Positions 10,201 to 17,570 of a DNA stretch of 64,000 bases are shown here, piece by piece (the first letter of the stretch is position 1; every line of letters begins with the position of its first letter). The notes under the pieces were generated by a model. The model saw only the letters and a program-made list of their open reading frames with translations, made no database searches and had not been told where the DNA came from. A program made the position numbers and the translations under genes. Origin of the DNA: Chthoniobacterales bacterium (GTDB lineage: Bacteria; Verrucomicrobiota; Verrucomicrobiia; Chthoniobacterales; Chthoniobacteraceae); NCBI GenBank assembly GCA_038207335.1, contig JBBQZX010000001.1:256001-320000 (forward strand). Reading direction: 5' to 3'.

Positions 10201-12412
10201 CGTAGCAGGCGGCGCGAGGGGTGGTGGAATGCTTGTAATCAAACGGCTTGATCAGCTCCTTCATATGCTTGAGGTCGAGGGGCTCGACATTGGCGTAGGG
10301 TTCGACGACCGGAACATCGGAGAGGGAAAGCGCGGGCGATTCCTGCGCCCTTTCAGGGCGCGCGCCGTCGGGGGTGGGTGACCCCGGGCGTTGCCCGGGG
10401 CTAATATCCGCCAGCCCTCCGGGCTGAAGAGGGGCCGCGGGTTTGGCGTCTTTTCCGGGCAGCCCGGAGGGCTGTGGGATATTAGCCCCGGGTGAAACCC
10501 GGGGTTTTGAGTCGCCGGTGGCATCCGCCCCGGCAGGGGCGGGGGAGGCGGGTTGCAAATCGGGCTCGACGCCGGTGGGGACGAGGAGGCCGGCGGCGAA
10601 GACGGTGGATTTGTCGGCTTTTCCGTCGTGATCGGTGTCTTCGAGGATGAGCACCTTGTCGTTGGCCTCCTGGCCGGGGGCGATCATGGGGTAGAGCGAG
10701 GAGGAGGTGACCCAGAGCCGTCCCTGCGCGTCCCAATTCATCTGGGTCGGCTTTTCGAGGTAGGGGTTCTCGGCCCAGAGGGTGATCTCGTAGCCGTCGG
10801 CGATGGTGAACTCCGGGAGCGGACGAAGGGGTGCGGCTTCGGAGGCGGGGGGCGTGGCGGGCGTGGCGTTCCCTGCTGCTCCGGGGAGCTGGGAATTGGG
10901 GTTTCCTGTGCTTCCTGCTGCACTTCCGAGTACGGATTCGCGACTTCCCGTATCTCCTGCCGCTCCTCCGAGTACGGATTTGCGATTTCCCGTATCTCCT
11001 GCCGCTCCTCCGAGTACGGATTTGCGATTTCCCATATCTCCTGCTGCTCCTCCGAGTACGGATTTGCGATAATGAGGAGGATTGCTCACATTTCCGGGCT
11101 CGGAAATGCCTCCAACTGTCTCGTTTTGCTCATTCCCGGCTTTGGCGTCGCTTTTCCCGACACTTCCCGCCGGATTTCCGGGCGCGGGAGGCGGCTGCGC
11201 GGATGCTGCCTCTGGACTGGCAGAAACGGCCCCATTAGCATTCGTCCCCGCCGCTGCGCTGGCCGGGAGGGCTTTGAGCCGGTCGATCTCCTTTTCCGCG
11301 GCCTCGATGAGGGGGTCGTATTGCGGCATCTCGGCGGCATTGCGCCCCTGCTCGTTCTTGCGAAAGCCAAAGAGATACGTGGAATTCGCCGGCCTCCACT
11401 GGTGGAAGTAGAGGTCGTTTTTCGCGATAATGGCGGCACGGAGGGCCTGCGAGCGGGTGTTCGAGGCTTTGATTTGTGCGTCCCGCTTCAATTCGTCCCC
11501 GCCCGGTGGCTCGAAGGAGGTGAAGTCGTCGCCGCCGTGCCAATTCATTGCGCCCGACACCTTATGCATCAGATCGATGAGGTACCCTTTCTCGTTAAGA
11601 TGGATGCCGTTGGCGGTGAGGTATTGCTCCTCCGTTTTTGGCGAAAAGGGCTCGTCGGGATGGGCCGAGTAAAGATCGACAAACCGCGCCCCTCGTTCCT
11701 GCGCGAGTTCCTGGATGGCCTTGTTATATAAGGCGAGCAGGGCATTGTGCGCCGCCGGGTCGGGGAGGCCGGGGCGGGTGGCGCGGAGGTCTTCGTGCCG
11801 GATGGGGCCGAGGAGGATGAAGCGGACAGCGGTCGGGGCGGCGGCGGCGGTGGCGCCCAAGGCTTCGACGGTGGAGCCGGTGATGGGAACGAGGCTGGGG
11901 ATCTTGAGCGCGGCGGCGGGCGGAGGAGTGAGCGTGCTGGCATTCGCGGAGATGGCGTTCATGAGGTCGCCCAGTTCGCGCTTGAAGCGGGCGGGGGACA
12001 TGGGCTCGGTGCCGTAGCGGGCGGGGTCGGGGTTGAGGCTGATGTCGCCACTTTCATCCGTGATCTGCTGGAGGCTGGCGGCCATGCCGTAGCCGAGGAT
12101 GACGACCGTGGGCCGGACGGAGGCGATTTGTTCCTTCAGCCGATCCCAGCCTTTTTCGACGGGGTCGAAGCTGGCGCGGGACCAGCCGCGGGGGGTGTCG
12201 GCGCTGAAGGCGAGGTTGCGGACGGTGAAGTGGCGCGTGGGAAATTGCTCGTGGATGCGGGTCTCGAGGTATCCGTAGGTGCCTTCGCGCTCGAGGAGGG
12301 TGTCGCCGAGGAGGAGGATGCGGTCGCCGTCGAGGATGTCGAAGGGCGCGGGGTCGGCGGCGCGGAGGACGGCGGTGGTGAGGAGGAGTGCTGCGAGGAG
12401 TAGGGGACGCAT
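7277..12412 (-). CDS. Exported PVC-type protein: SGNH/GDSL domain + glucose/sorbosone dehydrogenase-like propeller + HEAT-like region + CxxCH cytochrome c domain
   Basis: Signal peptide; LLGDT...NGIH (SGNH); KPTQMNWDAQGRLWV, FGTEDTHH, GPDGALYIADW and HSGRIWRV; heme motif CTVCH followed by GGKVGPDMTSIG and SIMPAGL. Confidence 0.85.
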   Translation of the reverse strand: MRPLLLAALLLTTAVLRAADPAPFDILDGDRILLLGDTLLEREGTYGYLETRIHEQFPTRHFTVRNLAFSADTPRGWSRASFDPVEKGWDRLKEQIASVRPTVVILGYGMAASLQQITDESGDISLNPDPARYGTEPMSPARFKRELGDLMNAISANASTLTPPPAAALKIPSLVPITGSTVEALGATAAAAPTAVRFILLGPIRHEDLRATRPGLPDPAAHNALLALYNKAIQELAQERGARFVDLYSAHPDEPFSPKTEEQYLTANGIHLNEKGYLIDLMHKVSGAMNWHGGDDFTSFEPPGGDELKRDAQIKASNTRSQALRAAIIAKNDLYFHQWRPANSTYLFGFRKNEQGRNAAEMPQYDPLIEAAEKEIDRLKALPASAAAGTNANGAVSASPEAASAQPPPAPGNPAGSVGKSDAKAGNEQNETVGGISEPGNVSNPPHYRKSVLGGAAGDMGNRKSVLGGAAGDTGNRKSVLGGAAGDTGSRESVLGSAAGSTGNPNSQLPGAAGNATPATPPASEAAPLRPLPEFTIADGYEITLWAENPYLEKPTQMNWDAQGRLWVTSSSLYPMIAPGQEANDKVLILEDTDHDGKADKSTVFAAGLLVPTGVEPDLQPASPAPAGADATGDSKPRVSPGANIPQPSGLPGKDAKPAAPLQPGGLADISPGQRPGSPTPDGARPERAQESPALSLSDVPVVEPYANVEPLDLKHMKELIKPFDYKHSTTPRAACYVGQSTELLHFADTTGDGLADEKRIVLSGFGTEDTHHIIHTLHWGPDGRLFFNQSVYIHSHIETPWGIVRLNSGGIFAYDPRTERLEVFAKGWWNSWGHQMDAAGQSFATDGAGSTGISWVIPGGVYPAYEGGKKIAPPISPGSYPKFAGLELIYSPVFPADWQGNAITCDFRAHRVVRFAIEDLAKGEKPQAGYAAKEQPDFIRTNDVSFRPIDVKLGPDGALYIADWSNPVINHGEVDFRDPRRDHHSGRIWRVVKKGAPVVKWEPLGGKTAAQLAQSEQSENHWEKEQARRMQFITGGLTPHDALPDYASHLAYPDPRQKVLAIRALARIGTAKSAALVLDAAVKSEGDPFLEYAAWLSINDLAKPWTDAIASGEWKVEGHEKQLAYGLGAIEPSLASAAFSKLYASGKMPLDGSGPWIELIGKAGGPKELGELYRRLIAGVNQDGDPGRWGIAEIDDAALRVPGPVAARMAAALAEAARVRGVRPGSPFKNGKLEAWQLIIYGQREALGDVCRAMGYWKLDAMADFMATELASGPAERDEPLADAICEGLRALGSPAAARAVEALLDPAVAKGRQPFLSTFAEDASPMNRRKAFVTLATLNPAAAAKHLAGVLALPGFDPELVDMWRGLLAAKGFAETLPGKLPPALSKPVAEAGIRASREAGKRGEKLLVALAPLAGMTATDAKVPRDVAWMADFTKRDGDPVLGELVYRRATLGCTVCHAIGGAGGKVGPDMTSIGASAPLDYIIESVVNPAAKVKEGYNAVALTLRDGTVATGIQARETATEVFLRDAAGNEQSVVKANIASTQNIGSIMPAGLVDALPERERWNLFAFLAQLGKPGGFDASQGHSALVWTLSTKGMNDLVKPRPTVPVFTLTDGRLLREALAEGVKSLEGSEKVSASAQFQAGGKIHLTFTGVNKAWLDGQALAVASEPKVTADLAAGVHTITVELDAKALPDVLRVESPDARFLGN
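10345..10545. repeat. Composite REP/REPIN-like palindromic element inside a coding sequence
   Basis: Hairpin gcgccc-tttca-gggcgc (10345-10361). Arm ccccgggcgttgcccggggctaatatccgccagccctccgggctg (10382-10426) is inverted relative to cagcccggagggctgtgggatattagccccgggtgaaacccgggg (10460-10504). Further hairpin cgccccggcaggggcg at about 10526-10541. Confidence 0.8.
10902..11185. repeat. 42-bp tandem repeat (4 near-identical copies plus degenerate flanks) encoding a 14-aa repeat
   Basis: ccgagtacgg recurs at 10926, 10968, 11010 and 11052; translation RKSVLGGAAGD(M/T)GN. A TTTCC-like core continues at 11091, 11133 and 11175. Confidence 0.92.
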
Positions 12413-12505
12413 GGTGAGGAGTGGAGCGGGTTTAGAGGCGGGTGGGAATGCTGCAGGGTGGCTATTTTGGCGGCAGGAAGCGCGGGGGCGGCGAAGGGTG
12501 CGGCG

Positions 12506-14212
12506 CTAGGACTTTCGCATGGCCTGCTCGACGATGAGGGCGGCAAGGCTCTGGGTGGCGGTGTCGAGGTCGGCGAGGGCGCGCTTCAGGGGCTCGGCGG
12601 CTCCGGCGGCGAGGGCGCTCTCGACTGCGCTGACGTGTGTGGCGATGAGGGCGCGTTCACTTTCGCTCAGCTCGGAGCCGACCTGGGCGAGGGCGCGCTG
12701 GACGGCGGGGAGCATTTCGTCGGCCTTTAGCCGGGCCTCGGTGAAGATGCGCTCGTTCACGTCGTCGAAGGCGTGCTCGAGGGAGTCTTCGAGCATTTTC
12801 TCGACGGCTTCGTCGCTGACATCGACGGCGCTCTTTACCTCGACGATGCGCTCGGCGCCGGTGGCGGTGTCGCGGGCGAGGACGTGGAGGATGCCGCTAG
12901 CGTCGATCTCGAACTGGACGCCGACGCGGGCGCGGCCCTTTGGGGCGGGGGTGAAGTCGAGGTCGAACTGGCCGAGGGGCCAGTTGTCACGGGCCATTTC
13001 GCGTTCGCCCTGGAGGATGGCGATGCGCATGGCGCGCTGGCCGGCGACGGCGTTGGTGAACATTTCGCCGGCCTTGATGGGGATGGTGGAATTGCGCGGG
13101 ATGATGACGCTCATGAGGCCGCCAAAGGTCTCGATGCCGAGGGAGAGCGGGGTGATATCGAGGAGGAGGACATCGCGCACGGCGCCGGAGAGGATGCCAG
13201 CCTGGATGGTGGCGCCGAGGGCGACGGCTTCGTCGGGGTGCTGGGAGATGTCGGGCTCGCGGGCGAAGATCTCGGCGACGAGGCGCTGGAGGCGAGGCAT
13301 GCGGGTCTGGCCGCCGACCAAGATGACTTGGTCGAGATCGCTCGGCTTGAGGCAGGCGTCGGCGAGGGCGCGGGCGCAGTGGGGGCGGACGCGTTCGAGA
13401 ATGGGAAGTGCGATGGCGTCGAGCTCGGCGCGGGTGAGGGTGAGGGCGAGGCTTTGGTCTTCGTGGAAGAAGGGGAGGTCGATCTGCGTCTCGGAGTCGG
13501 TGGAGAGGCGGTGCTTGGCGGCGATGGCGGCTTCGCGGAGTCGGGGGTTGTCGGAGATGCCGGCTTTTGCGGCGAGGAAGGCGACGAGCGCGGCGTCGAT
13601 GTCGTCGCCGCCGAGGCGGGTGTTGCCGTTGGTCGAGAGGACTTGGAAGATGCCGGCGTTCAGCTCGAGGATCGAGATATCGAAGGTGCCGCCGCCGAAG
13701 TCGAAGACGGCGATCTTCGAGCGGTCGCGGAGTTTATCGAGGCCGTAGGCAAGGGCGGCCGCTGTCGGTTCGTTCACGATGCGCTCGACGGTGAAGCCCG
13801 CGAGTTCGCCCGCGGTCTTGGTGGCGTTGCGCTGCGCGTCATTGAAATACGCGGGCACCGTGATGACCGCGCGGCTGACCGCGTGGCCGAGCGCGCGCTC
13901 GGCGTCGGACTTGAGCTTGCGCAGGATGAGCGCGGAGATTTCCTCGGGAGAAAAGGTCTGCCCCCGGATGGTGACGCTCGCCCCGCGCTCGCCGATGAGG
14001 CGCTTCACCGAGGCGACCGTGGCCTCCGGCTCCAGCGCCCGCATCCGCGCCGCCGCGCGCCCGATGATCGGCTCGCTGTCTGCTGGAAAATGCACGACCG
14101 ACGGCGTGAGCCGCTCGCCATCCGCGTCCGCGAGCAGGATGGGAAAGCCGGCGTCCATGACGCCGATGAGGGAATTAGTAGTGCCGAGGTCGATGCCGAC
14201 GATGAGAGACAT
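12506..14212 (-). CDS. Hsp70-family chaperone (DnaK/HscA paralog)
   Basis: GIDLGTTNS, TVPAYFND, NEPTAAALAYG, FDFGGGTFDISIL and LVGGQTRMP. Only 568 aa with a short C-terminus; no dnaJ, grpE or hscB adjacent. Confidence 0.92.
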   Translation of the reverse strand: MSLIVGIDLGTTNSLIGVMDAGFPILLADADGERLTPSVVHFPADSEPIIGRAAARMRALEPEATVASVKRLIGERGASVTIRGQTFSPEEISALILRKLKSDAERALGHAVSRAVITVPAYFNDAQRNATKTAGELAGFTVERIVNEPTAAALAYGLDKLRDRSKIAVFDFGGGTFDISILELNAGIFQVLSTNGNTRLGGDDIDAALVAFLAAKAGISDNPRLREAAIAAKHRLSTDSETQIDLPFFHEDQSLALTLTRAELDAIALPILERVRPHCARALADACLKPSDLDQVILVGGQTRMPRLQRLVAEIFAREPDISQHPDEAVALGATIQAGILSGAVRDVLLLDITPLSLGIETFGGLMSVIIPRNSTIPIKAGEMFTNAVAGQRAMRIAILQGEREMARDNWPLGQFDLDFTPAPKGRARVGVQFEIDASGILHVLARDTATGAERIVEVKSAVDVSDEAVEKMLEDSLEHAFDDVNERIFTEARLKADEMLPAVQRALAQVGSELSESERALIATHVSAVESALAAGAAEPLKRALADLDTATQSLAALIVEQAMRKS

Positions 14213-14252
14213 GCGCGGACTGAACGCGCTGGCCCCGCGCGAGGAAAGCGCG

Positions 14253-14292
14253 TTGTCGCCGGGATCGCCGATCCCGCGCGCTGGCCGCTACA
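14253..14292. repeat. REP-like element (GTAG family)
   Basis: Hairpin core gggatcgccgatccc; similar to the copies at 19988 and 60957. The minus-strand GTAG supplies the TAG stop of the 83-aa gene. Confidence 0.6.
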
Positions 14293-14539
14293 TCTGCGGC
14301 TCGGCCTTGAGCTTCGCGCTCATGGCGTTCTGAAACTCCTGCAGCTTCTCGATGACCTCCGGGCTCCGCGCCAGCACGGTCTTCGCCAGCTTTTCAAGAT
14401 GCGCCGGATTGCGCTGCCCCAGTTCGGAGAGGGCCATGATGATCGAAAAGACATTGTAGATGTCGTGCTTCGTCTTGCTGAAGACCGCGAACATTTCCTC
14501 GAACTCTTCGCGCGTCATCTGGAATTTGGTGTCGGACAT
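14288..14539 (-). CDS. Small hypothetical protein with a HisKA/DHp-like H-box
   Basis: ATG start, fills the gap between the Hsp70 gene and uvrA. KTKHDIYNVFSIIMALSEL resembles an H-box helix. Confidence 0.7.
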   Translation of the reverse strand: MSDTKFQMTREEFEEMFAVFSKTKHDIYNVFSIIMALSELGQRNPAHLEKLAKTVLARSPEVIEKLQEFQNAMSAKLKAEPQM

Positions 14540-14606
14540 TGGATATTGCCTCTAGTCGTGCCGGGTTGGTTCTGCTTTGTTTCGCGGTTCGCTTTTTGCC
14601 CTGAAA

Positions 14607-17570
14607 ATGCCCGCGCAGACTATAAAGATCATCGGTGCGCGCCAGCACAATTTGAAGAACCTGACGCTGGAGATTCCGCGTGAGAAGTTGGTCGTCATTA
14701 CCGGCATGAGCGGCTCGGGAAAGTCCTCCCTTGCCTTCGACACGCTCTACGCCGAGGGCCAGCGGCGCTACGTGGAGAGTCTGTCGGCCTACGCGCGGCA
14801 GTTCCTCGATCAGATGCAAAAGCCGGACGTCGATTTCATCGAGGGGCTCTCGCCGGCGATCGCGATCGAGCAGCGCAGCTCGAGCGGAAACCAGCGCTCT
14901 ACCATCGCAACGACGACCGAGATTTACGACTACCTCCGGCTGCTCTTTTCGTCGATCGGCCAGCCGCACGACCCGCACACCGGAGCGCCGATTTTCAAGC
15001 TCACCCCGCAGCAGATCGTGGATCAAATCGAGGCGCTCCCGGCCGAGTCGAAGATCGTGCTGCTCGCGCCGGTCGTGCAGAGCGAGGTGGGGGAGTTTCG
15101 CGATGTGCTGGAAAAGCTGAAGCGCGAGGGTTTCGTGCGCGCGCGGGTCGATGGCGAGATCGTGGAACTCGGCGGACCGGAGCCGGTGAGGCTGCAAAAA
15201 GGCGCGCGGCATGTGATCGAGGCGGTGGTCGATCGGCTGGTCATCCGCGAGGGCGTGCGGACGCGGCTCGCGGACTCCGTGGACACCGCGCTGAAGTGGG
15301 GCGGCAGTCGCCTGAAAGTCCTGCAGCAGCTTGATTCCGGGGCGTGGCACGAGCTGAAATTCTCGACGGATTTCAGCAACCCCGAGACCGGCTACACGCT
15401 GCCGCAGCTCACACCGAAGCACTTCTCATTCAATAGTCACCTCGGCGCGTGCCCGGTTTGTCACGGGCTCGGCACCGAGCAGGTCTGCGACCCGGATTTG
15501 ATCGTCCCCGACGACGAACTCCCGCTCTCCGCCGGCGCCATGAAGCCGTGGGCAAAAGCCCCCGCGCGGATGCAAAAGTATTACGCCAGCGTGCTCGGCT
15601 CGGTGGCGAAAGCGTTCGGCGTTTCGACCGAAACGCCGTATCGCGACCTGCCCGCGGATTTCAAAAACGCGCTGATGCACGGCACCGGCGAGCGCGCCAT
15701 CGCGATGGATGTCGGCGGGGCGAACAGCGACAAACCCTTCGACGGAATCGTCGCGCATTTGCAGAACCTGCACGACACGACGGACAGCGAGCTTTCGCGC
15801 CAGCGCATCCGTCTTTTTATGAGCAGGCGGACTTGCGCGGCCTGCCACGGCGCGCGGCTGAAGCCGGAAATTCTCGCGGTCACGGTGAAAAGCTCGCGCC
15901 TCCCGGATGCCAGCGTCGCACACGCCGAAGACCTCCGCGGACGTGCGGCGCGCGCTCTTTCCGGCGAGCTGAGCATCTACGATTTCTGTCGGCTCACGAT
16001 CGCCGAGGCGCGGGAGTTCATCGAAAATCTCGTGGTCAACGAGCAGCAGAAATTCATCACGACCGAGGTGCGTCGCGAGATTTCGAACCGTCTCAGTTTT
16101 CTCGTGGAAGTCGGCCTCGGATACCTCTCGCTCGATCGCGAAAGCGGCACGCTCTCCGGCGGTGAAGCGCAGCGCATCCGCCTCGCAACGCAGATCGGAT
16201 CAGGGCTCGCGGGCGTCCTCTACGTGCTCGACGAGCCGAGCATCGGTCTGCATCAGCGCGACAACGACCGGCTCATCGGCACGCTGCGGCGACTGCGCGA
16301 TCTCGGCAATTCCGTCATCGTCGTCGAGCACGACGAGGACACGATCCGCGCCGCCGATCACATCCTCGACCTTGGCCCCGGCGCGGGCGTGCGGGGCGGA
16401 AATCTCGTCGCGCAAGGCACCCTCGATGACATTCTGAAAGTCGAGAATTCTCTGACGGCGCAATACCTCAGCGGGCGCGCGAAAATCCCCGTCCCGAAAC
16501 ATCGCCACCAACCGCAATACGTCGCGCCTGACCCGAATGCGAAATACTCGACGAAGCCGTCGAAGTCGTCCGTGGCGGGGTGGATAACCGTCGTGAATGC
16601 CACGGAAAACAATCTCCGCAACGTCACCGCCGCGTTCCCGCTCGGCTGCATGACATGCGTCACCGGCGTCTCCGGCTCCGGCAAATCCACGCTCGTCGAT
16701 GACATCCTGCGGCGCAGTTTGTTCCGCCATTTTTACCGCTCAAAAGACCGCCCCGGGAAGCACGAGCGCATCCTCGGGCTCGAGCAAATCGACAAGGCGA
16801 TCATCATTGACCAGACGCCCATCGGCCGCACGCCGCGCTCGAATCCTGCGACCTACACCGGCGCGTTTTCACCCATCCGCGATCTCTTCGCGGGGATGCC
16901 CGCGTCGCGCATCCGCGGCAACGAAGTCGGGCGCTTTTCATTCAACGTGAAGGGCGGGCGCTGCGAGGCGTGCCAGGGCGACGGGATGAAGAAAATCGAG
17001 ATGCACTTTCTCGCCGACGTGTATGTCGAGTGTGAGGTCTGCCGCGGGCGGCGTTACAATCGCGAGACGCTGGAAGTGACTTACAAGGGCAAGAACATTG
17101 CGGACATTTTGGAGATGACCGTCGATGAGGCGTCGCGCTTTTTTCGCAACGTGCCGACGATCTCCGACAAGCTCATCGCTCTCGAAGACGTGGGTCTGAA
17201 TTACGTACGGCTCGGGCAATCCGGCACGACGCTTTCCGGCGGCGAGGCGCAGCGGATCAAGCTCGCGGGCGAGCTTTCAAAACGCGCGACGGGACGCACC
17301 GTTTACATCCTCGACGAGCCGACGACGGGGCTGCATCACGCCGACATCCACAAGCTCCTCGAGGTGCTGCAGAAACTGCGCGATTCGGGTAACACGCTCA
17401 TCATCATCGAGCACAATTTGGAGGTGATTAAATGCGCCGATTGGGTCATCGATCTCGGCCCTGAAGGCGGTGCGGGCGGCGGACGGATCATCGGCGAAGG
17501 GACGCCGGAAACGATCGCGGGGATTGAGGAGAGCTACACGGGCAGGTATTTGCGGAGGATGCTCGCATGA
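14607..17570 (+). CDS. uvrA: Excinuclease ABC subunit A
   Basis: GARQHNLKN, two Walker A motifs (GMSGSGKS, GVSGSGKS), YAEGQRRYVESLS, two LSGGEAQRI signatures and zinc-finger CxxC pairs. Confidence 0.98.
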   Translation: MPAQTIKIIGARQHNLKNLTLEIPREKLVVITGMSGSGKSSLAFDTLYAEGQRRYVESLSAYARQFLDQMQKPDVDFIEGLSPAIAIEQRSSSGNQRSTIATTTEIYDYLRLLFSSIGQPHDPHTGAPIFKLTPQQIVDQIEALPAESKIVLLAPVVQSEVGEFRDVLEKLKREGFVRARVDGEIVELGGPEPVRLQKGARHVIEAVVDRLVIREGVRTRLADSVDTALKWGGSRLKVLQQLDSGAWHELKFSTDFSNPETGYTLPQLTPKHFSFNSHLGACPVCHGLGTEQVCDPDLIVPDDELPLSAGAMKPWAKAPARMQKYYASVLGSVAKAFGVSTETPYRDLPADFKNALMHGTGERAIAMDVGGANSDKPFDGIVAHLQNLHDTTDSELSRQRIRLFMSRRTCAACHGARLKPEILAVTVKSSRLPDASVAHAEDLRGRAARALSGELSIYDFCRLTIAEAREFIENLVVNEQQKFITTEVRREISNRLSFLVEVGLGYLSLDRESGTLSGGEAQRIRLATQIGSGLAGVLYVLDEPSIGLHQRDNDRLIGTLRRLRDLGNSVIVVEHDEDTIRAADHILDLGPGAGVRGGNLVAQGTLDDILKVENSLTAQYLSGRAKIPVPKHRHQPQYVAPDPNAKYSTKPSKSSVAGWITVVNATENNLRNVTAAFPLGCMTCVTGVSGSGKSTLVDDILRRSLFRHFYRSKDRPGKHERILGLEQIDKAIIIDQTPIGRTPRSNPATYTGAFSPIRDLFAGMPASRIRGNEVGRFSFNVKGGRCEACQGDGMKKIEMHFLADVYVECEVCRGRRYNRETLEVTYKGKNIADILEMTVDEASRFFRNVPTISDKLIALEDVGLNYVRLGQSGTTLSGGEAQRIKLAGELSKRATGRTVYILDEPTTGLHHADIHKLLEVLQKLRDSGNTLIIIEHNLEVIKCADWVIDLGPEGGAGGGRIIGEGTPETIAGIEESYTGRYLRRMLA

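Noticed and set aside
10902..11070. Possible CRISPR array
   Set aside because: Units are contiguous tandem copies without unique spacers, lie in frame within a gene, and no cas genes are present.
12773..14683. 636-aa + strand ORF antisense to the Hsp70 gene
   Set aside because: Long antisense ORFs opposite dnaK-family genes are a well-known artefact; it has no independent motifs.
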